Assembly (NCBI GenBank): GCA_009927165.1
Contig: RFNO01000117.1
Coordinates: 14,468 to 78,467, forward strand
DNA length: 64,000 nt
Direction of reading: 5' to 3'
Origin: Pseudomonadota bacterium
Lineage (GTDB): Bacteria; Bdellovibrionota; FAC87; UBA2466
Both the position numbers and the translations under genes were made by a program. This document shows positions 48,688 to 57,655 of the stretch, one piece after another. Numbering within the stretch: position 1 is the first letter of the stretch; each line of letters starts with the position of its first letter. Under the pieces are notes generated by a model. That model ran no database searches. It worked only from the letters and a program-made list of their open reading frames with translations, and was not told the DNA's origin.

Positions 48688-48816
48688 GTATTGGACTATA
48701 CAGGAAAAACACCAAAAATGCATGGTAACGCGGTGCCGCAAAATGTCTCTTGTTCCCGGTCTCCAAGATCCCTATAATGCCGCTCGAATCAAAAACATTT
48801 CCACAGGGGTTTTAAA

Positions 48817-50163
48817 TTGTTGTTACGCGGAGATTTCTGGAAGCGGCCGGCCACTCTTAAACCTTATGTTTTAAAAATTAAAGATGGATTTTTATTGGGG
48901 CTCGCCCTGGCCCCTGAAAAGGGGGCTCCTTGCTCCAATTGTGTACGATTGTGGCTGAAGCAACGAAACATTGTGGCTCAACATTCCACTCTATCTGAGC
49001 TGACCATTCGCAGAGATTTAATTACCGAACTTCTAGCCGAAAACTCAGCCCACACCATTTACGAAATTTCTTTGGATGGTACCGCAATAAAAATGGAATC
49101 CCTGGTTTTTCCCCATCCGCAATGTACTTGTGATCGTGGAAATTATTTGCCGCCTGAAAGCCTTTCAAAAAATACCAATTACGCTTTTTCACCTCTTTAC
49201 CAAATTTTTTGTACTAGATTCGGAACCCCCGATGGAAATCTGTGGCTCACTCGGGTAACCGGTGATTGTCCTTTGTCGGAACGACCATTGACGGTATTTG
49301 CAGTTGAAAAAGACAAGGAAGTTTCTCGAAAAAAAGCGGTAGATGAATGGATGAAAAAGGCAACATTAGCGGATCTTCCAAAGCGAATGAAACGCGGGGA
49401 GCTGATTGCTTCGGAAGTGCTTCAAACCGGGGATTTGGAACTGTTGAAGCCATCGTCGCAAAGAGAAGTTGAGACAGCGGCTATGGGCGCTGGAAAGGAT
49501 AAAGAAGAGGCAACATTAAATGCACTGGTTGAGTTGGCTAAAGTAACTACTCTTCGCCGGTACTCCAATACTATGAAAAATCCGATGCTAGTGGTTGGAG
49601 CAAATAATTGGATTCGAAGTAAAGTACCTTTCTTTTTGTTGCAGCAGTATGATTTGCATCTGCTTTTTTACCCCAACAGTACTCAAGCATGGGTTGTTGG
49701 ATTGGGGGCCTTTTCGCGACAACGAACAGATGAAAAACCCGTGTTTGTATTTGCGGCTCACACAGATGCTAAGCAGGCTTTAGAAGAGCTGTTTTTTAAG
49801 ATTTTAGAAGCGTTGAAGCCCGAGGAACAAATAGCGGGCGACCCAGTTCTTAAGAGTGAGCGAGGAGGACCACACACGTCCAAACTGAATATGTGGTGGA
49901 CTCATTGGATTTATCGGTGCCCCAAAATCGCTCTCAAGGATATCCTTCATTTAGAGCCCTATCCACGCAAACTTCAAAATTGGCGAGATTACTACAGAGA
50001 CGGTCAAGATAAAGTATCAGTATTATCAGTCAACAGTCCCTACCTCCCAAGCCAGATTAGAACAATTGTGAAAGTCCAATCAGTGTTAAGAGACAATGTC
50101 AGTTCAGTGAGAAATATTAACGGAATCGGTACTTGGTCTGATTTTAGCGACGCTTTGGCCTGA
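48817..50163 (+). CDS. Divergent E1-like/YcaO-like fusion protein
   Basis: APCSNC and PHPQCTC cysteine motifs; AAMGAGKDKEEATLNALVEL and AAHTDAKQALEE resemble YcaO blocks. Confidence 0.5.
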   Translation: MLLRGDFWKRPATLKPYVLKIKDGFLLGLALAPEKGAPCSNCVRLWLKQRNIVAQHSTLSELTIRRDLITELLAENSAHTIYEISLDGTAIKMESLVFPHPQCTCDRGNYLPPESLSKNTNYAFSPLYQIFCTRFGTPDGNLWLTRVTGDCPLSERPLTVFAVEKDKEVSRKKAVDEWMKKATLADLPKRMKRGELIASEVLQTGDLELLKPSSQREVETAAMGAGKDKEEATLNALVELAKVTTLRRYSNTMKNPMLVVGANNWIRSKVPFFLLQQYDLHLLFYPNSTQAWVVGLGAFSRQRTDEKPVFVFAAHTDAKQALEELFFKILEALKPEEQIAGDPVLKSERGGPHTSKLNMWWTHWIYRCPKIALKDILHLEPYPRKLQNWRDYYRDGQDKVSVLSVNSPYLPSQIRTIVKVQSVLRDNVSSVRNINGIGTWSDFSDALA

Positions 50164-51345
50164 TAGTAAGAGAGGTTCGAGCTCATTACGGATAGCATCT
50201 GAGGAAAAGCACTCCACAGCGGTTTGCTTTGCTTTTCGTCCCAGTTCACTTAACAGCGTTCGATCATTGGTTAGAGATAAAAAAGTCTTCGCTAGCTCTT
50301 CGACATTATCGGGTTTAACTAATACACCATTTTCCCCAGTCCGAATGATATCTGTAGCTCCTCCACAATCATAGGCGACACTGGGCAAGCCACAGGCTCC
50401 TGCTTCAATGTAAACCATTCCGAAGCCTTCACCTTTCCATTTACCGCTCCAACATCCGAACCGAGATGGCATGACAAACAAGTCGTGATCTTGATAAATA
50501 GAGACAAGAGCTACTCTCGTTTCCACTTTGTCCAAAAAAGTAACCCAGTCCTGAAGACCATAATAAAAAACTAAGTGTTCAAGGCGTTCTTTGTCATTAC
50601 CTGTTCCTTGAATGGTATAAAACGGCACAGATTCGGGATGGCTTTTCATGATCATCGCTAGTGCTTGAATAACGTGATCATGTCCCTTGTATTGTTCCGA
50701 AGCATCGAGACGTGAAACAGTCAAAATATTTAGTGGGCGGTTAGCAGCCTTTTGTCCGTTCCTAATGGGAATCTGATTAAAATCAGGAGAAAGACAGGGA
50801 TGAACGACACTGATTCTTTCAGGTGAATACCCTCGGGCCTCTAGAATATTTCGGGTCCAGTTCGAAATAGAAATAATCTTATCGGATTTTCTGAGAGCCC
50901 AGCTATCTTGAGTTCGCATTCCTCCCCATACTTCTAGCCCATAAGCAATGGTCCAATAGGGGATACCGAGCGACTTCGAAAGGGCTAGGGCCATAGGAGC
51001 TAAAGAAACATGGCCAGCAATAATCAGACTGGTATTGTTTTTCTGTGCTGTCTGCTTTGCTTCAGAAAAAAGCCGAGGCGAAAAACGATTTTCCAGTTTT
51101 CGTAGAAAGCCACGACGTTTTTGTGGAACGCAGATGACTTTATACCGAGTGGGACTGCACGAGAAATCGGTCGATCGTTGAGGAACCATCGTAACCACAC
51201 GGTTGGTTCCCAAGATGTCACTCGAAAGAGTGAGAAAATCATGAAGGTAATATTCAATGCCGCCGTAGGCTTCAAAGATGGACGATTGTTGAAGGCAAAG
51301 TACGTTCACTGAATAAGGGTAACGGGTTGATCGGGAAAGTTCCAA
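50104..51345 (-). CDS. GT4 family glycosyltransferase
   Basis: TVSRL, YKGHD, FVMPS, EGFGMVYIEA; start may be GTG 51309. Confidence 0.9.
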   Translation of the reverse strand: MELSRSTRYPYSVNVLCLQQSSIFEAYGGIEYYLHDFLTLSSDILGTNRVVTMVPQRSTDFSCSPTRYKVICVPQKRRGFLRKLENRFSPRLFSEAKQTAQKNNTSLIIAGHVSLAPMALALSKSLGIPYWTIAYGLEVWGGMRTQDSWALRKSDKIISISNWTRNILEARGYSPERISVVHPCLSPDFNQIPIRNGQKAANRPLNILTVSRLDASEQYKGHDHVIQALAMIMKSHPESVPFYTIQGTGNDKERLEHLVFYYGLQDWVTFLDKVETRVALVSIYQDHDLFVMPSRFGCWSGKWKGEGFGMVYIEAGACGLPSVAYDCGGATDIIRTGENGVLVKPDNVEELAKTFLSLTNDRTLLSELGRKAKQTAVECFSSDAIRNELEPLLLSGQSVAKIRPSTDSVNISH

Positions 51346-51392
51346 TTAAAAAAGGGATTGAAAACTGGCTTTGACTTTGGTCTAGTGACGCT

Positions 51393-52007
51393 ATGTTCGA
51401 CGATATCAAGTATCCAGAGGTTGATCCCAATAAAAAGAGTGCTTCTCAGCTTTGGGAAGAGAGATATCAAAAAACCGGGTATCTTTATGGTAAAGAGCCT
51501 TCCGATTTTTTAAAAAGTTATGTCGGCTTCTTGTCAAAAGGCTTGGCGCTCGATGTAGCCATGGGGGAGGGACGCAATGCCGTTTACTTGGCGCAGCAAG
51601 GATTCAAGGTTGAGGGGCTTGATTGCTCGTCTCAGGCCATCGAAAAAGCAAAGGCGTTAGCTTTAGAAAAATCAGTTGCTCTTGAAGCCAAAGTCCAAAA
51701 TCTAGATTTTTTTTTGATGCCACTGATGAAGTTTAACACGGTAGTGATGACGTACTACAAACCAGCGGTCCGGTTTTTTAGCGAAATTAAAAGAGGTTTG
51801 GCAGCAGGTGGAACAGTGCTTATTGAGGGGTACACGACAGAACACTACAAACTGAATAGTCAGAATCCACTGATCGATTTTGACCAGTGTTATAAGCCCA
51901 ATGAACTCTTAGGGCTATTGAAGGATCTGCACATTATTTATTATAAAGAGATGGGAGAAGGGTCTTCTCATCTCGTCCAGGCAATTGCCAAAAAAATACA
52001 CAAGTAA
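51393..52007 (+). CDS. Class I SAM-dependent methyltransferase (TehB-like)
   Basis: WEERY, YGKEPS, LDVAMGEGRNA. Confidence 0.88.
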   Translation: MFDDIKYPEVDPNKKSASQLWEERYQKTGYLYGKEPSDFLKSYVGFLSKGLALDVAMGEGRNAVYLAQQGFKVEGLDCSSQAIEKAKALALEKSVALEAKVQNLDFFLMPLMKFNTVVMTYYKPAVRFFSEIKRGLAAGGTVLIEGYTTEHYKLNSQNPLIDFDQCYKPNELLGLLKDLHIIYYKEMGEGSSHLVQAIAKKIHK

Positions 52008-52751
52008 TTACATTCCCATGCCGCCGTCTACAATCACGGTTTGTCCGGTAATGTAATTTGCTTTTGAAGAAGCTAAAAACACTACAGCACTAGCAATTTC
52101 TTCCGGCTTGCCCACTCGATTTAAGGGAATCTCTTTCAAAATTCCTTCTTTTTGTTCGGCTGTGAGCGCATCCGTCATATCCGTCTCAATATAGCCAGGA
52201 GCAACTGCATTGACTCGGATATTACGAGAAGCCAATTCTTTCGCCATCGACTTCGTAAGTCCGATGAGCCCTGCTTTAGCTGCGCAATACGCAGATTGCC
52301 CAGCATTTCCGGTAATGCCTACAATCGAACTCATATGAATGATCGAACCACGACGTTCTTTCATCATTCCGCGTATGACCGCTTGTGACGTGATAAAAGC
52401 CCCTCGCAAGTTCGTATTCATTACCCGATCCCAATCCTCGGTTGGAAAACGCATCATCAACCCATCGCAAGTTATGCCGGCATTGTTAACCAGAATTGAG
52501 ATGAATTTTTTTTCTTTGATAAGCCCTTGAAGAGCTTCATGGGTTTCAGCTACGTTTCCCACATCAAACTTGATAGCTGAAGCTTTTCCTCCCAACGCAC
52601 GAATCTCATCGCATACTTGCTGAGCAGCGGCTTCGTTAGACACGTAGTTCACGATAATTTCAGCTCCCTCTTTGGCTAGAGCAAGCGAGCAAGCTTTGCC
52701 AATACCCCGAGATCCACCCGTGACTAAAGCAATTTCATTAGCTAGCAGCAT
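52008..52751 (-). CDS. fabG: 3-oxoacyl-ACP reductase
   Basis: TGGSRGIG, NNAGIT, YCAAK; fab operon context. Confidence 0.95.
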   Translation of the reverse strand: MLLANEIALVTGGSRGIGKACSLALAKEGAEIIVNYVSNEAAAQQVCDEIRALGGKASAIKFDVGNVAETHEALQGLIKEKKFISILVNNAGITCDGLMMRFPTEDWDRVMNTNLRGAFITSQAVIRGMMKERRGSIIHMSSIVGITGNAGQSAYCAAKAGLIGLTKSMAKELASRNIRVNAVAPGYIETDMTDALTAEQKEGILKEIPLNRVGKPEEIASAVVFLASSKANYITGQTVIVDGGMGM

Positions 52752-53724
52752 TTTGTGTCTCCTTTAAAAAACTTTCCAATTTTTGGAAGTCTTCAAGTGA
52801 ATCGATGGAGAGAGTCGATGCCCCTTCAACAATTCTTTTTACTAATCCGCTAAGAACTCGGCTGGGACCCATTTCTATGTAAGTTTTGATTCCATGGCGT
52901 TCCAAAGTCTGAACACAGGAAGTCCAAAGAACTGGATGGTCAATTTGATCCTTAAGTATTGAGCTTACATTCCCCGTGTTTCGAAGTTTGGCATCGAGGT
53001 TGGAAACGATAGGAAATTGAGGATCGCTCCAGTTGATTTTTTCCAAAAAAGGCAAAAAAGCATTGGCCGTGTCAGCCATCAGCGGACAATGGAAGGGAGC
53101 GCTCACGTTCAAAGGAATTATTTTTCGCGCTTTCCAGTGGGGATTATCGGAGCCATTGGCTAACTTTGCAAATCGATCTACTCCCGCTGCATGTCCCGCA
53201 ATCACTACTTGTGAAGGTGCATTAAAGTTTGCCGGCACGACCAAACAATCGTTTCCCGTGGAAGCAGCGTTACAGATATCTTTCACTTTATCGTCATCTA
53301 AACCGATTACAGCAGACATTTTCCCTTTGCCAGCTGGAACAGCAAATTGCATGAGTTCTCCCCGTTTTCTGACCAAGGTAACGGCATCAAATAGGGAAAG
53401 AGCTTGAGAGGAAACAAGAGCCGAATACTCACCCAAAGAATGGCCTGCTCCAGCAGCAGGGCGAAAGCCAAGAGTTTTATGGAGTACTTGATACCAAGCA
53501 TACGAGGTTACCAAAATCGAGGGTTGGGCATTGGCAGTCAATTGAAGTTCCTCGGAAGGTCCCTGTAAGCTGAGCTTTAGAAGGTCTACCCTAATAGCGT
53601 CAGAAGCTTCCTCGAACAAAGTTTTGGTCCACGGAAAATGTTCGATAAGGATTTTTGACATTCCTGGATACTGAGATCCCTGACCAGGAAAAAGTACTCC
53701 AATGGGTTGTTTGTGTGCTGCCAT
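52738..53724 (-). CDS. fabD: Malonyl-CoA:ACP transacylase
   Basis: FPGQGSQ, GHSLGEY, VSAPFH. Confidence 0.95.
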   Translation of the reverse strand: MAAHKQPIGVLFPGQGSQYPGMSKILIEHFPWTKTLFEEASDAIRVDLLKLSLQGPSEELQLTANAQPSILVTSYAWYQVLHKTLGFRPAAGAGHSLGEYSALVSSQALSLFDAVTLVRKRGELMQFAVPAGKGKMSAVIGLDDDKVKDICNAASTGNDCLVVPANFNAPSQVVIAGHAAGVDRFAKLANGSDNPHWKARKIIPLNVSAPFHCPLMADTANAFLPFLEKINWSDPQFPIVSNLDAKLRNTGNVSSILKDQIDHPVLWTSCVQTLERHGIKTYIEMGPSRVLSGLVKRIVEGASTLSIDSLEDFQKLESFLKETQNAAS

Positions 53725-53732
53725 AAATCTCC

Positions 53733-54725
53733 CTAAAGACGAATTAAACCACTAGCCCAGGTTACGCCTCCACCGAAAGTAGCCATAAGAATTAAGTCGC
53801 CCGGCTTAATAACTTTGGCTCTCCAAGCTTCATCTAAGCAGACGGGTAAAGTCGCTGCTGACGTGTTTCCATATTTATCTAAGTTGATCCAGGTTTTTTC
53901 TTTCGGAACTTTAAGGGTCTTCATGCACATATCGAGAATTCTCATGTTGGCTTGATGAAAGAAGAAATAATCTACATCTTCCGGAGTTAAGCCATGGTCA
54001 CTGAGTACAGCGAGTGAAGCATCAATCATGTTTCTGACTGCCAGCTTAAACACTTCGGACCCTTGCATGTGTATCGAGTGCAGCTTGTGTTGATATTCCG
54101 GAAGGTAGTGAGGGTACTTGGACCCTCCATGGGGGATCTTTAAAATATCACCCTTGCTTCCATCTGAATAAAGCTTAGTGCCAAGAATTGAGTGGTTTGT
54201 TTCTGTGGTGCGGGTCAACAAAGCGGCGCCGGCACCATCACCGAACAGAACACAAGTCCCACGGTCCTGCCAGTTAATCAGTGTTGATAAGGTTTCCGCT
54301 CCAATAACCAGAGCAGTTTTAACCATTCCGGTTCGAATATACTGATCCGCAATAGAAAGTCCGTAAAGAAAACCAGAACATGCCGACTGTAAATCAAATG
54401 AGAAAGCTTTGGTGGCGCCTAAAGCGGCTTGAATTAAGTTAGCCGTGGTTGGCATCAAACTGTCGGGAGTTACCGTGCCTATGATGATGAGTTCGATTTG
54501 ATCGGCCGGAATATTAGCCATTTCGATCGCATTGCGAGCTGCCTTTAAAGCCAACGTGGATGTGAATTCTCCTTTGGAATGATCAGCAATTCTTCGGGTT
54601 TGTATACCGGTTCTTGTTCGGATCCACTCATCTGAAGTCTCAACGAAATTTTCAAAGTCATGATTGGTCATGATCCGTTCTGGAAAAGCGGAACCAGTGC
54701 CGATGATTTTAGAAAAATAGTTCAT
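53733..54725 (-). CDS. fabH: Beta-ketoacyl-ACP synthase III
   Basis: ACSGF, FGDGAGA, HQAN, GNTSAA. Confidence 0.95.
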   Translation of the reverse strand: MNYFSKIIGTGSAFPERIMTNHDFENFVETSDEWIRTRTGIQTRRIADHSKGEFTSTLALKAARNAIEMANIPADQIELIIIGTVTPDSLMPTTANLIQAALGATKAFSFDLQSACSGFLYGLSIADQYIRTGMVKTALVIGAETLSTLINWQDRGTCVLFGDGAGAALLTRTTETNHSILGTKLYSDGSKGDILKIPHGGSKYPHYLPEYQHKLHSIHMQGSEVFKLAVRNMIDASLAVLSDHGLTPEDVDYFFFHQANMRILDMCMKTLKVPKEKTWINLDKYGNTSAATLPVCLDEAWRAKVIKPGDLILMATFGGGVTWASGLIRL

Positions 54726-54727
54726 AG

Positions 54728-55795
54728 TTAGGATTCCTTCGGAGATTTTTCCTGATTGGGCAGTGAACGTTCCAGTTGATATCGCAATTTATCGACAAGT
54801 TTACTTTGCCCAGCTTGGGCCGCTGCCAAAATACCGTTTTTAACAGCGAGATCATTTGATTTTCCATGCCCAATGAAAACGACCCCGTCGCTTCCCAAAA
54901 GGGGGGCTGCCCCATGCGCTTGATAATGGAACTGACTCTTGAAATTTTTGAGCACGTTTCGCATGAGCACCAGGGCCACGAGGCTCTTCACATCTTTTCG
55001 GATGGCCTTGCGAAACCACACCACCACCATGGCTGCGAATCCTTCAACAAGTTTGAGTGTCACATTGCCTACAAAACCATCGCAGACCACGAGGTCTACT
55101 TTGTGATTAAAAACATCATAGCCTTCAATATAACCAGTATAGTTTGGAAATTTAATGGAGAACAGGAGCTCGTGAGCTTGGCGAGTGGTTTCAGTTCCTT
55201 TGTGAGATTCAGAACCATTTGATAGAAGACCAACCTTCGGAGAAGGAAGCCCTTCGATGGTCTCTATATAAGTCCTGCCCATTTCAGCAAATTGAACTAG
55301 CTGCACAGGCTTACAATCAACGTTGGCTCCAGCATCCAACAAAAATACAAAGCCAGTATTAGTAGGGACTTTCACAATGATAGCAGGCCGTTCGATGTGG
55401 GGAAGGCGTCCTAATACGACCATCGATGCCGCCATGACTGCTCCACTATGTCCCATGGAAATAAAAGCATCTGCTTTTTTGTCTTTGGTAAGTTGGAGGC
55501 CTATGTGAATGCTTGAGCGAGTTTTTTTTCTGAGGGCTGTGGAGGCAGACTCGTCCATGCCGATGACTTCATCAGCGTTTACAATAGCAATTCGCTTTTC
55601 TACCTTTTTCAGGAGGTGCTTAAAGCGCCGTTTGTTGAGTTGAGACTTCAGTTCTGCTTCTTGTCCCACTAACAAAATAGATAGGTTAGGGGAGTGTTGA
55701 AGAGCGAGTAAGGCCCCTCTGACATTCACCTCAGAACCGTAATCTCCCCCCATGGCATCAAGCGCTACTGTGACGCCATTTGGTGCCAAGACCAT
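54728..55795 (-). CDS. plsX: Phosphate acyltransferase PlsX
   Basis: DAMGGD, RPA, DAGAN, VCDGFVGNV, HG. Confidence 0.95.
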   Translation of the reverse strand: MVLAPNGVTVALDAMGGDYGSEVNVRGALLALQHSPNLSILLVGQEAELKSQLNKRRFKHLLKKVEKRIAIVNADEVIGMDESASTALRKKTRSSIHIGLQLTKDKKADAFISMGHSGAVMAASMVVLGRLPHIERPAIIVKVPTNTGFVFLLDAGANVDCKPVQLVQFAEMGRTYIETIEGLPSPKVGLLSNGSESHKGTETTRQAHELLFSIKFPNYTGYIEGYDVFNHKVDLVVCDGFVGNVTLKLVEGFAAMVVVWFRKAIRKDVKSLVALVLMRNVLKNFKSQFHYQAHGAAPLLGSDGVVFIGHGKSNDLAVKNGILAAAQAGQSKLVDKLRYQLERSLPNQEKSPKES

Positions 55796-55803
55796 GAAAA
55801 ATC

Positions 55804-55983
55804 TTAGCTCTCAAAGGGAAGTACTAGTTTGCCTTTATAACGATTGCAGCTAGGGCAAACTCGGTGTGGTAAAGCGGGTTCTCCACACTCCGGACATTTA
55901 GCTAAAGAAATTTTCTTTAGGGCTAAGTGGGATCTTCTTTTTCCTTTTCGACTATGAGACGTACGTTTTTTTGGTACTGCCAC
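55804..55983 (-). CDS. rpmF: 50S ribosomal protein L32 (zinc-binding form)
   Basis: Not in the ORF track. GGAGG RBS and GTG start; MAVPKKRTSHSRKGKRRSH...CPECG..PHRVCPSC, 59 aa. Confidence 0.95.
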   Translation of the reverse strand: MAVPKKRTSHSRKGKRRSHLALKKISLAKCPECGEPALPHRVCPSCNRYKGKLVLPFES

Positions 55984-55996
55984 GGTTTCCTCCGAT

Positions 55997-56539
55997 TTAA
56001 AGAGTTAAATTTTTAAGGACTGAAAATGGGGTGAGTTTGGAGTTGTTAACGCAAACACACTCTCCATGATTCAGGTTTGTGCCACAGTGCTGGCAAATTC
56101 CTCTGCAACTCTCTTTACAAAAAGAATTGTAGGGAATGCTCAACACAAACTGTTCATGAATGATGGGTTTTAAGTCTATTTCGTGACCATCAAAATAAAT
56201 AACGTCCAGTTCCTCAGATTCTGTACTGAGAACTTCAGTCGCTTTTTGTTTTTTGTCTGATGAAAGATGAACTAAAGCTAAATTAAAAGGGCCTGTAATA
56301 GGGAGAGTAAAAGATTCGGCACAGCGGGAACACTCTCGTTCCACACCGAAGTTTAAATTGCCTTGGAGATAGTAATCCGGCTCGTGCTTATGCAGGATCA
56401 AAGCCGCCTGAAAGCCACCTTTGAGTTGATATCCCTCCTGAGCGAGATCAGTTCCCATTTCTTTGAGCCAAGAATCATTCTGGCTGGAGAAGTTCAAAGG
56501 GTTTTCCCCATCTTTTAGCTGTGAAATCACTAACTTCAT
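55997..56539 (-). CDS. yceD: YceD/DUF177 family protein
   Basis: CSRC and CKESCRGICQHCGTNLN; upstream of rpmF. Confidence 0.9.
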   Translation of the reverse strand: MKLVISQLKDGENPLNFSSQNDSWLKEMGTDLAQEGYQLKGGFQAALILHKHEPDYYLQGNLNFGVERECSRCAESFTLPITGPFNLALVHLSSDKKQKATEVLSTESEELDVIYFDGHEIDLKPIIHEQFVLSIPYNSFCKESCRGICQHCGTNLNHGECVCVNNSKLTPFSVLKNLTL

Positions 56540-56644
56540 AAAGCCCTTCTAACTACCACAATTCATGAAAATGGAACAGGGAAATAGCCCTCAGGGTTTC
56601 CCCTGAAGGGAACAGACAGGGCAGGCTGGAAAAGCTAATAATAA

Positions 56645-57217
56645 TCAGCCCTTAAGCAGCTTAAAGAATTCGGTTCGAGTTTCGTGGGTTTGGAAAACTC
56701 CTTTTAAGGAACTGGTTTGGGCAAAAGCATTCTGTTTCTCCACGCCCCTCATCATCATACACAGATGGCTAGCCTCAATCACGACCCCCACCCCTTGAGG
56801 TTTTAAGTGCTTCATGAGGCAGTCAGATATTTGGCTAGTGAGGCGTTCCTGGACTTGAAGTCTTCTAGCGAAGGCATCCACAATTCGAGGAATTTTTGAA
56901 AGCCCGATAATTTTGCCGTTGGGGATGTACCCTACGTGGCACTTTCCGAAAAAGGGAAGCAAGTGATGTTCACACATGCTGTAGAGCTCAATATCTTTAA
57001 TAATAACCATCTCAGAGTAAGGAGCATCAAAGAGAGCCCCATTGATCAGGGCGTCTACATCCTTAGAGTACCCATGAGTGAGAAAATCAAAAGCCTTGAG
57101 AAATCGGTAGGGGGTTTTTTGTAAACCATCTCGATTGGGGTCTTCTCCGACTGACGTCAAAAGTTCCTTTAAATGTTCTAGTAATTGGGGATTGTGCTGC
57201 AGTTCACGAGTAGACAT
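56645..57217 (-). CDS. folE: GTP cyclohydrolase I
   Basis: [29 protein letters not shown]. Confidence 0.97.
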   Translation of the reverse strand: MSTRELQHNPQLLEHLKELLTSVGEDPNRDGLQKTPYRFLKAFDFLTHGYSKDVDALINGALFDAPYSEMVIIKDIELYSMCEHHLLPFFGKCHVGYIPNGKIIGLSKIPRIVDAFARRLQVQERLTSQISDCLMKHLKPQGVGVVIEASHLCMMMRGVEKQNAFAQTSSLKGVFQTHETRTEFFKLLKG

Positions 57218-57526
57218 CAGGTATACGCTCCTTAAGTTTTAGACACTTGTGTAACAAAACTCGCTCGATTTCAACTTAATCTGAATTCCCCATGAGAGCA
57301 ACTCTCACCCTTGGGCTTAGTAACCCTTTTTGTGACGTGGGTTTGTCTCAGGGGTGAAACTTTCTTTACAGGAGATTTCTAGTGAAAACACCGTGACTTA
57401 GAACTCGTTCCAAATCGAGAGTGCTTGGTTTCTAAGCATAATCTAGACAGAATGTTCGTAAGCAATACGCCCAGATTTAGTCGAATTCTCGCAGTCACTC
57501 AGTCTTGAACTACTAAAAAACTTTCA

Positions 57527-57542
57527 TGGCACATCCCTTGCT
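57527..57542 (+). promoter_or_regulatory. sigma54 (-24/-12) promoter
   Basis: TGGCACATCCCTTGCT, near-consensus TGGCAC-N5-TTGC. Confidence 0.8.
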
Positions 57543-57655
57543 CATGACTGCTCTGAGCGGGATCCTCTGCTCCCTGCGTGTGCATGGAGTGTGGTCCTGA
57601 TACTTTTAAAGCGAGTTGTAGCGGAATGTTTGTTTTGTTCAAGGAGAAGCGGAAA

